A DNA stretch of 62,343 nucleotides, the filler included, from Choristocarpus tenellus KU-1152 (lineage: Eukaryota; Protista; Phaeophyceae): assembly GCA_964200185.2 (NCBI GenBank). It is 13 parts of 13 records of this genome, joined end to end, with 100 filler letters (N's around TTAATTAATTAA, not from the genome) between each part and the next. Parts side by side here need not be neighbours in the genome. Positions count along the whole stretch, not along the records: positions 34,724 to 42,908 come from CAXNAD020005032.1; positions 43,009 to 49,810 come from CAXNAD020007314.1; positions 49,911 to 52,818 come from CAXNAD020023729.1; 10 more parts are not named here. One strand, 5' to 3'. Positions 39,536 through 52,724 of this stretch are shown piece after piece. The notes under the pieces were generated by a model that had not been told where the DNA came from, did no database searches, and saw only the letters and a program-made list of their open reading frames with translations. How positions within the stretch are numbered: the first letter of the stretch is position 1; each line of letters begins with the position of its first letter. A program made the position numbers and the translations under genes.

Positions 39536-39795
39536 TTGGGTTTGGGTCAGGGGGTATCAAGTGTACCATTTGGAGAAGATTTGTTATAGGTATGGCAATG
39601 CCAGTGATCTACTACTTTCAAGTATTATTTAAATTTATTGTTGTATGTTATGTCCTGTTGGGTTTGGGTTAGGGGGTATCAAGTGTACCATTTGGAGAAG
39701 ATTTGTTATAGGTATGGCAATGCCAGTGATCTACTACTTTCAAGTATTACTCTAATTTATTGTTGTATGTCATGTCCTGTTGGGTTTGGGTTAGG
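39536..39795. repeat. ~121-bp tandem duplication
   Basis: Two near-identical units, each starting TTGGGTTTGGGT(C/T)AGGG, plus the start of a third. Confidence 0.85.
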
Positions 39796-41747
39796 GTTAG
39801 TTGCTGTAGGTTGCATGCGACATACTGTTAACATTGACTCGACCATTATTAGCACGTACTGAACAATTTTGAGACGGAGTGGTTGGAAAGGGCTTTTTTT
39901 TCCTTTGGAAAGGCAGAACACGAAAAAACTGATTCCTGAAAATGCACACACCTTTTTTGTGAAGCTATCCCTTGATGAACGGTAGACTATTGCTGAGTTT
40001 TAATCTGGTCAGCAAATACTTGGAAAAAGGGGTTCTGAGCCTGGGTTCTGATGGAGCTTGTCAAGATGCAGATGACTTGTTTTTTCTTGAATTTCCAAAT
40101 ATTGGCTAAGAATGGTAAAGAGTGTCATGACAGAGTTTTCTATAGGGCTATTTTTTATAGGTCTTAATATGTGAGCCTAGGCAATTTGCCAATTTCCTCT
40201 TTTTGACCGGTCTTGGAAAGATATATGGTGAAAGAATAGGTAGGATGCCAGTTTTTCTTAATTTTTAGGGAACAGTTGCACTTGAACAAAATATACCCCA
40301 AAAAACTCTGAATGACAGATCTGGGTCGCTCTGTATCAAGTTGTGGCCACACCAATGAGCTTTATGCAGTAAATAATACATCATGCATATATTGTATACA
40401 CTATTGTGCTTTCAATCATAGTGTATGAAAGAATGTATTGCTGGATATGAGTGAATTTACACCCATCAACCAAGGTATCATTGATTTTTTAATGTCTTGG
40501 GTTGATTCCAAACTAGAAAAGCTCTTTTGTGTTGCCCATACCATATATGCATTGGAGATGAATGAACAAACATCAAGAGAAGATGGATACAGATAGTTAG
40601 TTCTAGGTACAAGTGGTATGTTGTCTTAGTCAAGGGCTTTCTGGAGCATTGTATTCTGTAAGTGTATAATTTTTGTTTATTTTTTTTGTGGCGAACGGTG
40701 CTATTTCTGGTATTTATCTTGTATTTTGAATTTTGGGAGAACGGTATTCTTCGTTGAAGAAAAAAATACAGGACCAATGTTCGTGTTCACATGAATTGTA
40801 TGTATTAGTAGACAAATAGGGTTAGGGTTGGAAGAGGCTCAGCATCAACAGGTAAAGGTTAGGGTTACACATAGAGTTTGTCATTGATTGAGGGCATACC
40901 TCCTCTGTTTCTTTTTTTAATCTTGACATTATAAATTGGTGTAATAGTATGTGAGTAGTATAGATGTTTGATATTTTATATGTTTGTTTTTTCTTCGTCC
41001 TGGCAATACTGGTTACAAATACTGGTTACAAATTGGACCATAATGCTAGAGGTATTAATTGCTCTAATGGCCGAGGTAGTGTTAGTTACAGTCTATTGGT
41101 ATGAAATGTTGTTATCATTTTTGCTGCATCCAACTTCTTTGTCTAGATTTGACATTCACAAAATATTTGTACATGTGTCAAATCATGTCAAATAATGTCT
41201 TATTTGACAAGTGCATTGATGTCATCGAGAGGCAGGGCCTCTTACTCTTGTTCTCAATGTGTACCAAGTCTGTACTATAGTCTATGCTTGATACTACTGA
41301 CAAGTAGTCTATACGTAGACCTTACCCTACGAAAATTTGTACCATAACTATACTGTACCATACTGCTCTGAACCATGCCAGGTATATCGAGGATCATGGA
41401 GGGGGACCACTGTGGCTGTGAAAGTTCTAGTGCCTCAAGCCCAGAGGTGAAGAAAATGAGAGAGTATTGTTGTGCTAATCTTATGTGCACTTAGTACTTA
41501 GCACTTAGCACTTAGCACTTGGAATATCTATGAAGTGACAACATTCTAGCACATTTAGCTAGCTCTCTTCCCTTGATGTTGATTTTTCTGTTGAAGATTG
41601 TAGCATATGCTGCAATTGTACTACCTCCGTGCCATAAGTCTGTGCTGTGTTGTCTATAACTTCTGAAGATGTTGATGAAATCTATTTATGAAAAATATTT
41701 GGAATCCTTGAAGTATTTCTGGTTAGGGTCAGCTCTTTTTATTATTA

Positions 41748-42880
41748 TTACTCCCCATCCGTCTCAATTTTGTCAGTCACAGGAAGAGCCTCCATGTCTA
41801 CCTTTGACATGTTTTCAAGCTCACCAGACAAGTGCCTCTTCCTTACCCCTGTGTGCTCCACACTGAAGTCATTCCCCCCCTTTGTATCTAAGTACTTGAT
41901 TGTACACCACAAAAAGAAGCTGCCAAGCCCTCTCAAGTGTAGTTTCATCATACTTCTCATACCGTCTCTTAATGACCTTAACCATCTCCTCCATGAACCC
42001 AAACCGCTCCCCCATCACCCGGCATTTCAAAGACCTGTAGAAGGACAGGTCCATGATATTGAGGTCAGAAGAGTTAGATGACTGGCTGCGTCACTGGCCT
42101 AATCGACCACCCCTCAGTCTTCCCTGCCCCCGACAAGATTTCTGAGTTGTCCTTGCCCGTGTGGAGGGTGGCACCGTCTTGCTGAACAACAATGTGCTTC
42201 CCCTGCAACCAAGGCATCTTGGTCTTGATTGCAGGCAGCAACTCTTCCTTGTACCACTTCCTGTACCACAAATGGTCTAAAGTACAGTCCTGCTCATACA
42301 CATCCCCCTTTTTTATGGCTCTTGCTTGTCCTGCCTACCGTTTTTGGCACACATGCACACCAAACACCAAGCTTATATTCAAAGCTGTCAGCCGAAGCTG
42401 GGCGGGCATTGGCTGCAATGATCATGGTTTTGGGGATATGACCCTTGTGCTGTGCACAGTAGGGGACCCTGGAAGGTTGCTATCATCCTCATGCGGAAAT
42501 GCCACCCTAACCCTTTCTTTCCCCATCAGCCATCACGTAAAACCAGATTTCATCCACATGTATTGTGTTAGGGTTAGGGTTAGGCATGGAGGCGTGCAAA
42601 CCACGTTTCCGGTCCACTAGATCGCAAACAAAGTCCATTCTCCATACCTTTGCCACGATGATAGCTTGGGTTTTGATCCAGCAGTGACTCGGCATAGCCC
42701 CCATATCATCATCCAACCACCTGTTTATGGTGCTCGTGCTATAATTCAGACCCTTGGAGGCCATCTTCGTTGTGACCTGACCCACAGCGCATGACCAATT
42801 ATCAGAGTTGATACTATGTATTGATACTATGTATTGCGGCCACTTTGGTCGGTGTGAGCTCCGAAGGCCGCCCACTATGT
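41748..42880 (-). mobile_element. Tc1/mariner transposase pseudogene, DD39D-like
   Basis: IHVDEIWFY; LLPAIKTKMP; VVQQDGATLH; TQP..SSDLNIMDLSFYRSL; KGGNDF. Several frameshifts. Confidence 0.9.
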
Positions 42881-44140
42881 GCTGCCACCCCTATGTTTAG
42901 TATGTGGCNNNNNNNNNNNNNNNNNNNNNNNNNNNNNNNNNNNNNNNNNNNNTTAATTAATTAANNNNNNNNNNNNNNNNNNNNNNNNNNNNNNNNNNNN
43001 NNNNNNNNGTCTTGCCCGGTGATTCTCTTCGCCACCCTTGCCTGAGCGAACCACGCCGCCACAGAATCACACGATTCACAGTTAATCCTTTTATTATACA
43101 TTATTGGTATGATCTCCTCAAAACTGTGTGTAAAACAAAAATGAGTCAAATGGAAGAAATGTGGGATTTCTCAGAAGACAAAAGGAAATGCTGCAAAGAG
43201 GAACCCTGGAACAGTAATGACGGTTCAGGAACAATCCCATACAAGAGGTTACTCGTAGAGGAAGGAAGAAAAGGAGGTCCAACATCCTTTAATGGGGCTT
43301 TACCTACTCAAATGCAGGTGGCAAGCATAACAACAAAGGCAAAGACGAAAAGAACAGCAAGATAAAGTATATCCTGGCACATTCCCATAACTATGGCACG
43401 TGCCAGGACCCTCTATCAGGGAGGTGTGGCCGTGGTGAGTTTCCCGTAGTGCCAATCACCCATAAACCTCTTGGTTTTCCCTGCCACACACGTGCCATGT
43501 GGTATTGTTCCATGCTCTCTCTCATTGACCCGTTGGTAGCATTCTCCAGTAATGAGTAAACAAATAATAGTGAAGGCGGGCACTCAAGTGCAAGTAAGTA
43601 CAAAGCACTACATGCAACACGAAGGAAAAAAGGAAAGAATATGAAACAAGTCGTGGACACACGCGCACATCTCTATACTACGCGCGAACGCACACTCACT
43701 CACTCACTCAATCACACACTCACACACAAACACACATATATGCTAGATGCCAGTACCACTCCCAAGGAGGTGTCACTGTGGCAGGTTTCGTATATTTTTA
43801 CGAATCGGTCATAAAGTTGTTGGCTTGCTCCACTGCCACGCATCTTGTTGTGTTGCAATAAATAATTTGAAGGAGAGATACTGCGCTCAGGATGTTCATA
43901 TATTTATCCTTATGATGCCCATATCATCATCCTTATGTTCATATTATCGTTTCTTGTCACTGCATTCAACCTGTTTGTCACCTGTCCATATTTCCCGCCT
44001 AGAGACATCTTTATATCGCTCTCCCAGTCCTCCAGATTAACTTCTGACAATGGGGGCAAATCGACTGAGAAGTCGGATGAATATCAATACGATAATGTGA
44101 TCTGAATTCCAGTACGATACGGTAAGTATGATGTTGGGCT

Positions 44141-44400
44141 GACCCAAACCAATCAAGAGATGGACAAATTTGTACCCTTTTACATTCTAAGTCATGTTTC
44201 TTACTCTAGTCAATATACTCTATTTCATTGCTTTATGTGCACAACAATGTACGAAAAACTGATACTCCCCCTTTCCACACACAAAGCGACACCACCACAG
44301 TTCAGCAAAGGCTCTCTGCAATCTCACAAAATGACTTTTTTTGTCCCTTTCTCGGAATCGTTCAAATGCAACCCTACCTACCTCTCAGTTGGTTTGGCTC
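44141..44400. mobile_element. MITE family D
   Basis: GGCT|GACCCAAACCAA...TTGGTTTGGCTC|GACT. Confidence 0.85.
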
Positions 44401-45605
44401 GACTGTGTGCTAGTAAGTCCTGGGTTACCAGAGTCATGGTGGAAGTACTGAACACCACGTTTTTTCCCTTTCTGCTTGAAGTTGAAGACAGCTATGCAAT
44501 CGAGTCAATGTCAAGCAATAATTTTATGTACTAAATCTTTGCATATGGAATGCTATGTTCCCCTCAGTATTGGTTCATCTCAAGTTGGATAGTGGCAATG
44601 GAAGGACTATCTCAATAGGCATCATACCTGTTCTTCCCTGCCCCAATTGCTACATGCCAACAATATAGAGGAGGAGTTCCTACCTTCCCCCACTTATGCA
44701 ACTATAAATACTGCAGTAGCAGCATCATGGTCCACCTCAACTATCCGACACTGCTTCTCTTTTGAACCATAGGAAGTCTAATTTCTGTACAGTACTGGTA
44801 GGAAATCCCTCCTTGCAACCTACATGTATCCATCACCATTCATCATCTAAGGCTGCTTCCTGTGAAAGTTGAACACAGAAAGGCAGCTTGAGCTTGAGCT
44901 TACCAAGATAATAACCTTTGCCACGCTCTATCTGAACAAGCACACACAGTGTTTCAGTGTTAGGCAGGCGAACTTGCACTAGTACAAAAGTTGCTGGCAA
45001 GAAATTATGGTATAACATGAGTTGAAAGACAAACGTTACGCACCATGATGATGAGTGCTCTGAGGCGCATGCATCCATCTACATTCATTACTATTGGTGT
45101 CAATCAGGAGGGTGCAACGAGGAGTGTTGTTCCAGAAATTAATTGTTACTATTAGTCGTGTACGTATGAAAATGTTATTTATGTCAAGTAAATTGTGCTC
45201 TAGGAAGAGATCAAATTTGAAGTACAGCATAACTTAGGGGAAGGTGGTAGTTCATGGATGGATATGCATTTTCCTCAACAGTAACGATGATACGTGCATA
45301 TGGCAACAGTAAGAAGAATAGTAGCGATGCACCATGACTATGTTGTTTCAGTATGAAAGGACGAGAAGAGGGTTGCCATAAATAAATGCGACAACACTTG
45401 TTTTGGTCGTTTTGAGACAAACCTATTACTACAACTACTATTTCCATGTGGAATATCCGATATCATCTCCTCAGTGGTCTATCTCTATGTATTATTCCAA
45501 GCACACCATGCATGCATGATGACCATTTGCGTACTCGTTCACTGTCATTTCATTTCTGCTTCCCTTTCTTCTACCTTACATAGTAGAAGTAGTTGTAAGA
45601 ATATT

Positions 45606-45865
45606 GAATCAAATCAATTGAGAGGTAGGCGGGTTGGGAATCTTTTTGTACTCAAAGTAATCTTTCTCACACTGTGGAATACGCTCTATTTCATTGTATT
45701 ATGTGTACAATAGTGTACGCAAAATGGATATTCCCCCTTTCCACACACAAAGTGTCACCATAATTAAGCCAAGACTCTTTATTATGCAATCATACAAACA
45801 GATATTTCTTCCCTTTCTTGGGGTCCTTAAAATGAATCCCTGACTGCCTCTCAATGGGTTTGGTC
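45606..45865. mobile_element. MITE family D
   Basis: GAATCAAATCAATTGAGAGGTAGGC...GCCTCTCAATGGGTTTGGTC. Confidence 0.8.
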
Positions 45866-46257
45866 TGTTAGTATATTTTTTTATTATTATGCCCTCTGTC
45901 ATTTTGCAGATGTGTCAGGGGGGAAACCAATGAAAACTATACATACGTCGTTATTAGCCCTAACGTTAGTATCGTGTTCTTCGCTACTACTGTACATTAA
46001 AGAGCGACGGCAGTATATATATGCAAAAGAAAATTAACGAAAACATATACCGACTTGAAGGCATACCTAAGCCCTTTACAACCAAGAATCAAGTGGACCA
46101 GCAAGGCCTGAAGACATCGATCAGCTAAAAAACATCTAGAATGGACTTGCGTCATCCATAACAATAGCTGACACTTCCATGTAATCAGAACACTCCAACA
46201 AGTCCTCTTATCACAAACTACTGACTTCTTTCTACCCTCCAATCAGATCCATCCAAA

Positions 46258-46512
46258 GAGTCAAACCAACCGAGAGGTAGGCAAGGTTGCATTTTAAGGA
46301 TCCCGAAAAAGGATAAAAATGTGCCAAAAAAAAAGGAGAAATAACCTTTACCGAATTATGATTTCAGTTTATGTGTTCAAAGGGGGAAATGTCGATTTTG
46401 CATATACTCTTGTGCACATAACGCCATGAAATGGAGTGTATTCCGCATGATAAGAAAGACAGCTTGGAATGGAAAAGGGTCAACGCCTACTACCTCTCAA
46501 TTGGTTTGGTTC
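46258..46512. mobile_element. MITE family D, inverted
   Basis: GAGTCAAACCAACCGAGAGGTAGGC...TACCTCTCAATTGGTTTGGTTC. Confidence 0.82.
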
Positions 46513-47280
46513 AATCTCAAATCCAACCAAAATATAGAAGGCAATCTAACTACTACTGTCATAGCTACATACTTCATTTTAATATATTTTATTATGCCCT
46601 TTGACATTTGCCAGATTTGTCAAGAAAACCAAAAAGTATATTACAAGGACCATCACTAATGAGCAAAAGTAAACAAGAAGTACTCAGATTTTGGCAGTTT
46701 TGCATTTTAACCCACTCTTTCAATCTTTTGCAATTCACTCATATTTCTATGGATCAAGTGCTAAGTTTGTCCTTAGAGCGTTGATTTCTCTATTGTTTGA
46801 AAATTTCGGCAAATTCAGCAAAATTCCAATACGCATTCGTAAAATATGCCAAATCTCGCACTATTTGTCAGCATCTTTAAAAAACGCACCTCCAGATACC
46901 TCTCGTTTACTGTGGCTCACGACCCTAAATTCAAGAGTTGTCGTCAATCCTAAGATATACCGACAAAAAAATGTTTTCTATTGAAGCCAGGTATATGACA
47001 GGCAAAGTACACAAGAGGTACCCAGAGTTACATTTTTTTTAAATGCTGACAGTTAATTGCAAAATTTAAAAGTAGCTTTATCTAGATGTCCCATGCGCTT
47101 TTAGCTGTAGATACTAGGAAGATGGGCAAGGAGTGGCTTCCTCGATTCTTGGGATGCTTCCCTAGCTCCTCACTAGGGTACAATACTAAGCTAGATTGGA
47201 GGCACGGGAGGGCAGTGGTGCAGCATAGCTGGTAGCATAATAGTAAATAGACGATAGAAAAATCCAATTTACGACAACTA

Positions 47281-47480
47281 TTACTTTTTCAGGGGTTGTT
47301 TTGACATATGAATGGTTTTTCATTGGTTTTTCCCCTGACACACCTGGAAAATGTGAGAGGGCATAACATTAAATATATATTATTATTAAATATATGTATT
47401 ATTTTTATGCCCTCTGACACTTTGCAGATATGTTAGGGGAAAAGCCAATTCAATATCATAAAGACCCCTGTAAAAGTAAC
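47281..47480. mobile_element. Foldback repeat family E
   Basis: TTACTTTTTCAGGGG...GAGGGCATAA / TTATGCCCTCTGAC...CCCCTGTAAAAGTAA arms; arm fragments at ~5890-5980, 45880-45945, 46585-46635, 47935-48000 and 51090-51165. Confidence 0.7.
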
Positions 47481-49205
47481 AGTTCTTGTAAGTGTGAAAG
47501 ATATCTCTCTAAAGCCAAATTACTCTTTGACTACCAACTATGCTACACCACCCCCCTGCTATGCCTCCAACTTAGCTTAGCCCTGCACCACAGGGCTAGG
47601 AGCTAGGGAAGCATCCCAAGAATCTGACAGGCCCCTCCTTGCCCATCTCCCTGGTGTCTCCAGCTTAAAATGATGGCACGTCTTGATAGATCTACCTGTG
47701 TTGTGACGGACACTATCTTTCGTAAACAAGATTTGACAGCTCCTGTCCTCCTGTATGCTCCTACCCCTCTCCCCCCTACCGCCTGTGTAGTTAACTCATC
47801 CAGAAAGGTTTATTCTTGCTTACTGAGGCGCGCAAAACTTTCCACCACGAAGGTGTTGAGGTTAAAACTATGGTGTAGTATAGCTGGTTGTCAAATAGTA
47901 AATAGATTTTGGAAAGGTATCTTTCACATTTACAAGTGTTACTTTTACAGGGGTCCTTTACACATCTACAAAGTGTCAGAGGGCACAATAATAAAACTAC
48001 TGTATAATATACATATATATGTGACTTTCCTGTAACACATCCCGAGAATGTCAGATGCAATAATATTAAATATACATAGATCATCACTAGCATATATGAG
48101 CAGTATACCTTGAAACGTCGTACCAATCAGCCAATCCCACCAATATCTGGTTGGCGGGAATCTCCGATTTGTCCTCGAAATCTGCAGGGACTCCATTTTT
48201 AGCTATTATATATACTTTCCTGAAATGCAAGTGAAAGTGGATTTTGCCCTGTCCACCATAGTAGGTACTATCTCTCTGAACCACCAAACCAAGGAACCCC
48301 AAGAAGGAAAAGGGAGGGGACTTGGGAAGCTAAGATGCCCAAGAAACAATGCCACCAGACCAAACAAAATTATTATCGAACCTCAATCCCAAATAAACCA
48401 CACTCCTAATGTCGACAATATGAAGACCCTATGAAATACTCCTTTCGCTTCTGTTGCATACGCAATAAGCTTCCCTCACAGCCCTGACCTCATTCATCAT
48501 GCTACACAAAAAAGGGATCAAAGTTAAACACCGAATACCGTGGATATTATATTGAGCATCAGAATACGTCTTTCATCAATGCCCTTTCGTGAAAACCGAT
48601 TAATCTGTCCTAGCAACCAACCCTTCCTTTCTGACTTACTTGTACCACCACCAGACCTCAACGCCTCTTGCTGCCGTGTTTCAACATCCTACATACAACG
48701 TCAGTTGCCTCCAGAAGAGTCAGGTTCTTATGTGTCAACTCCAAATGCCTGCACGCAGTAGAAGACTTAGCAACAAGAATATCTTCTGCTTAAAATGCTT
48801 CTCGCCTACTCCCCCTCCAACTTGTATCGAGCTAGCACTCCCGTCCAGATTTTAATTATCAACACCATATAATCCCATAGAGTCTCCTCTCCCTCTCAGG
48901 ACATTTAAAGTAGCCCAGTAATGATACAGTGCCAAGAATCCCTCCACTGTCCCTCCCCAACCTACTACACGTCAATGGTTGCACTGGCCGTCCAGAATTC
49001 CTGTGCATCTGTTAGCTCAACATCCTCCACAGTTAACGAGAATCGAGAGGCACTCTCTGCAAATCGATGTAACACAGGAAAAGTGATGCACCCCAAGGAA
49101 GATAGAAGTTTAGGTGACTGCACTTCCTCTGGGTGATCACATTGCTTACACCTCAACACACAAAAATACAAGTTAACCTCATCCCTGTCCTAGTATAAGG
49201 CAAAT

Positions 49206-49466
49206 GAGGCAAACCAACTCAAAGGTAGGCGGGGTTGCATTTCAAGGATCCCAAGAAATGTAAAAAATACAATTTTTTACAATTGCAGAAAGAGCATTTG
49301 CTGATTTTTGGTGTCAATTAGTGTGTGGAAAGAAGGGGGAATATCAATTTTGCTTACACTAGTATACACATGAAGCAATGAAGTACGTTTCATTGGACAG
49401 GATAAGAAAAATTGTGTTAAAATGCAATAGGCTCCAAACCCGCCTACCTGCCAATTGGTTTGATTC
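49206..49466. mobile_element. MITE family D, 3-bp TSD AAT
   Basis: AAT|GAGGCAAACCAA...TTGGTTTGATTC|AAT. Confidence 0.82.
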
Positions 49467-50460
49467 AATCGAGGTATGTATTAATATACATCGTATGTCA
49501 TTTTTCGTCTGATAAGTCCCTGAAATGTAAAAGAAAAACAAAACTAGAGGTGGTTGGTTGGCCCATGTGGAAGTGGGTGTTTCATCTGCAAAGAAAGGGA
49601 TCAATCATAAAATCTGACACGAACAAAATACCAGTTTATGAAGTATGGTGGAGAGGTTAAAGGTGGAAGTTGAAGGATCGGTGTGGTGATTTTGAATTTT
49701 ATGTCATCGATGAATGTTGAGTTCTACACAACAAGGAGGTAGGGAATGCACCTTCTTCATATAGTATTTGTGTTGTGCGATGTGACCCAAAGTATCTGGG
49801 AGGGGGGGGGNNNNNNNNNNNNNNNNNNNNNNNNNNNNNNNNNNNNNNNNNNNNTTAATTAATTAANNNNNNNNNNNNNNNNNNNNNNNNNNNNNNNNNN
49901 NNNNNNNNNNAAAATTACATCAAAATCACAACATTGTATTTTGATCCCCAAATGGACGCGGCTCTACCCTCTAAGATAGTTTCACTCATTTCTCACGATT
50001 ACTACAAGTTGACCAACCGAGACCCATCAAATAAGGTCAAGGATGATTATGCGATTACAACAAACGAATTTTCATGAAAATATTTGTTGTTGATCAAAAG
50101 TTATGGCACGACAAAGTTGATGCAGAAGGTGACTACCAATATTGTACCTTACCGATTTGATTGCCTGACACTCCGATATACCATCCACATGATACGTCTA
50201 GATTTATATTCCATCAAAAATATACCAAAATCCGAATTTTGTAAAAGTCATGTATTGGAAAGATATATTTCCTGCAGAGGTGTTTCCTCACTATGTCAAA
50301 TAAAAATCAGCATTCGAATGAACCATGTGAAGCCAAGAAACATAGCACCATATGCACGTATCCGTATCACACATCTGTTGGAAGAGTATTGTAGTTCCTA
50401 CGCCTCAACACTACACAGCAGCAAGAATCACTAGTACAGTCTCCTCCAAGAACCATGAAT

Positions 50461-50707
50461 GAACCAAACCAACTGAGAGGTAGGCAGGTTTGAGCCCTTT
50501 TGCATTCCAAGTCATGTTTCTTAGTCTGTGGGACACTCTGTTTCACTGTGGTATACACGTAATAGTGTACGCAAAATTAATGTTCCCCCTTTACACAGAC
50601 AAAGAGACACCACCACCAAGCAGAGAGGCTCTTGCCGCAATTGTCTTTTTACCCTTTCTCAGGATCCTTAAAATACGACCCTGCCTACCCCTCAATTGGT
50701 TTGGCTC
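50461..50707. mobile_element. MITE family D, 3-bp TSD AAT
   Basis: AAT|GAACCAAACCAACTGAGAGGTAGGCAGG...CCTGCCTACCCCTCAATTGGTTTGGCTC|AAT. Confidence 0.87.
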
Positions 50708-52089
50708 AATTAATAGTAGCAGTTTGTCTCAAGAAACTGATTGTAGAGTATGCGGATTCCTGCTGAGATACTTCGTGTAGGGAGCGCACAAAACGTTCTG
50801 CACTGAATGCAAACGTAGGCACGTGAGTGTATTATGGACTGCATGCAAGCGCTTAAAAGTCCACAGCATATACCCTGCATGCTGCTCAAGAAGGATTCAT
50901 CGATACTGCACAGGCCTTGACACACGCGAAACCCTCCTATCACACCCACCTACCTGACCCAGCCAAGGTGGGAAAGTTTGAAGAGAATGAGGAGTTTAGC
51001 TTCACATGAGTTTTTATTTTGTGTACCCTCGAATTTTGCTCAGTATCATATATTGTACTGACATTATAAATAGTATACATACTATATTCTTGTTGTTATG
51101 CCCTCTGATATTTCGCACATGTGCCAGGAGAAAAACCAATGAAAAACCATTCAAATGTCAGAACTATATATACTACCTAGTACACCATTCATTTCTTCCT
51201 ATAGATGCCACTGGTAATCATCACCCCCTCCTGGATTTTCACACCAACTATTAGATTATTCACCCTACGAAAACTGAGTCAGAGCTCACTCGGGAATGAG
51301 GGGTAGGGTTGGTTGAACACATTTTCAAACCCCTTTGAGTTTCATCCTTCGATATCATGGAAAATGAGCACTAATTCAAGCATTGCATCCTTACAAGTCA
51401 ATATTTATTTCTCTAGTAAGGAAGCACGAACAAAATGTTCTGTGCACTATTATTCTTTCGTAAAAAATTAGTACTTGATACATGTCCAAAACAAATTTGC
51501 ACCTTTTCCATTATATCAATACTCAGAGAAGAATGAACATAACGTCAAATCTGAATTGCACCAACCAAAACGGGGGAGGTACGGTTGGGTGCATTTTCTT
51601 CCCTTTTTTCAAGGTTTCATTCAACAATAATAATAATTCATTCTCCTTCTCCATTTACCTCTTGTGTTATTTATGTTTGTGCGACGAAGCATCTGGGCTT
51701 GCTGAGGGAGAAAGGTGCTGAATCGGACGATAACCCCAGAGAATCAAATCGGGTTGACAATCTCAGCTTTCAAAAAAGGTGGGGGTCGAGGATCATCAGG
51801 TACAAACTAGAGGTACTTCAAGCCGTCAAAGCAAAGGTCTTTTGGAGTGATTTTGAGGCCAGTAGTGGACACGGCGAGGGTCAGAGCGTCCGCATGGCAA
51901 CCCCCCCGTCGACCCCCCCGCGTAGGAAGGGGGCCCAATACCAGGGTTGCGCTTGCAGTGCAACACACCCTCGCAATGGTCTCTACTGAGCATAAACGGT
52001 TGTGACACTTTGGGCTGGCCCTTGCAGCGGAGTTTGGAGTGTCCAAGTGTTACATATGAGAGCTCTGGGAGGACGTCTCTGATCAGCTC

Positions 52090-52724
52090 GCCCATGGCCA
52101 CACACTTGACCTAGGGGTGGTGGCACGTAGAGGGCGGCCTTCGGAGCTCACACCGACCAAGATGGTCGCAATACATAGTATCAACTCCGATAATAAGTCA
52201 TCCACATTGCGTCAGGTGACAATGAAGATGGCCGGCAAGGGGCTGAATTATACCACAAGCACCATAAACTGTGGTTGGATGATATGGGGGCCATGCTGAA
52301 TCGCCGTCGGATCAAACCCAAGCTTAAATCGTGGCAGAGTCATAGTATATTAGAGGGTAGAGTCGCGTCTGCTTGGGGGTCAAAATCCAATGTTACGATT
52401 TTGATATAATTTTGGCTATTGTGTTTGTTAGGAAGTGTCAGCATCCTTATTCCGAACACATATTTTCATAACATAAACATTTTACCTACGTTTAAAAATA
52501 TTTCAGAGTAGGAAAATGTCATTAAAAAAAACGTGAGAAACCAAGCCCCAAATGGGCAAACAGGGCAAAATTCGTATCCTCTAAGATACTTTTACTCGGC
52601 AAAAGGTATGGAGAATGGACTTTGTTTGCAATCAAGTGGACCGAAAACGTGGTGTGTACGCCTCCATGGCGAACACAATCCATGTGGATGATACATGGTT
52701 TTTACATGATGGTTGATGGGGAAA
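52090..52724 (+). mobile_element. Second copy of the mariner transposase (5' part), interrupted by MITE B and MITE A
   Basis: Aligns with the reverse complement of ~42515-42890 (IHSINSDN, KGLNYTTSTIN, TIHVD). Confidence 0.85.
52337..52597. mobile_element. MITE family B, 4-bp TSD GGCA
   Basis: GGCA|GAGTCATAGTATATTAGAGGG...CCTCTAAGATACTTTTACTC|GGCA; the empty site is present in the other mariner copy. Confidence 0.92.
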
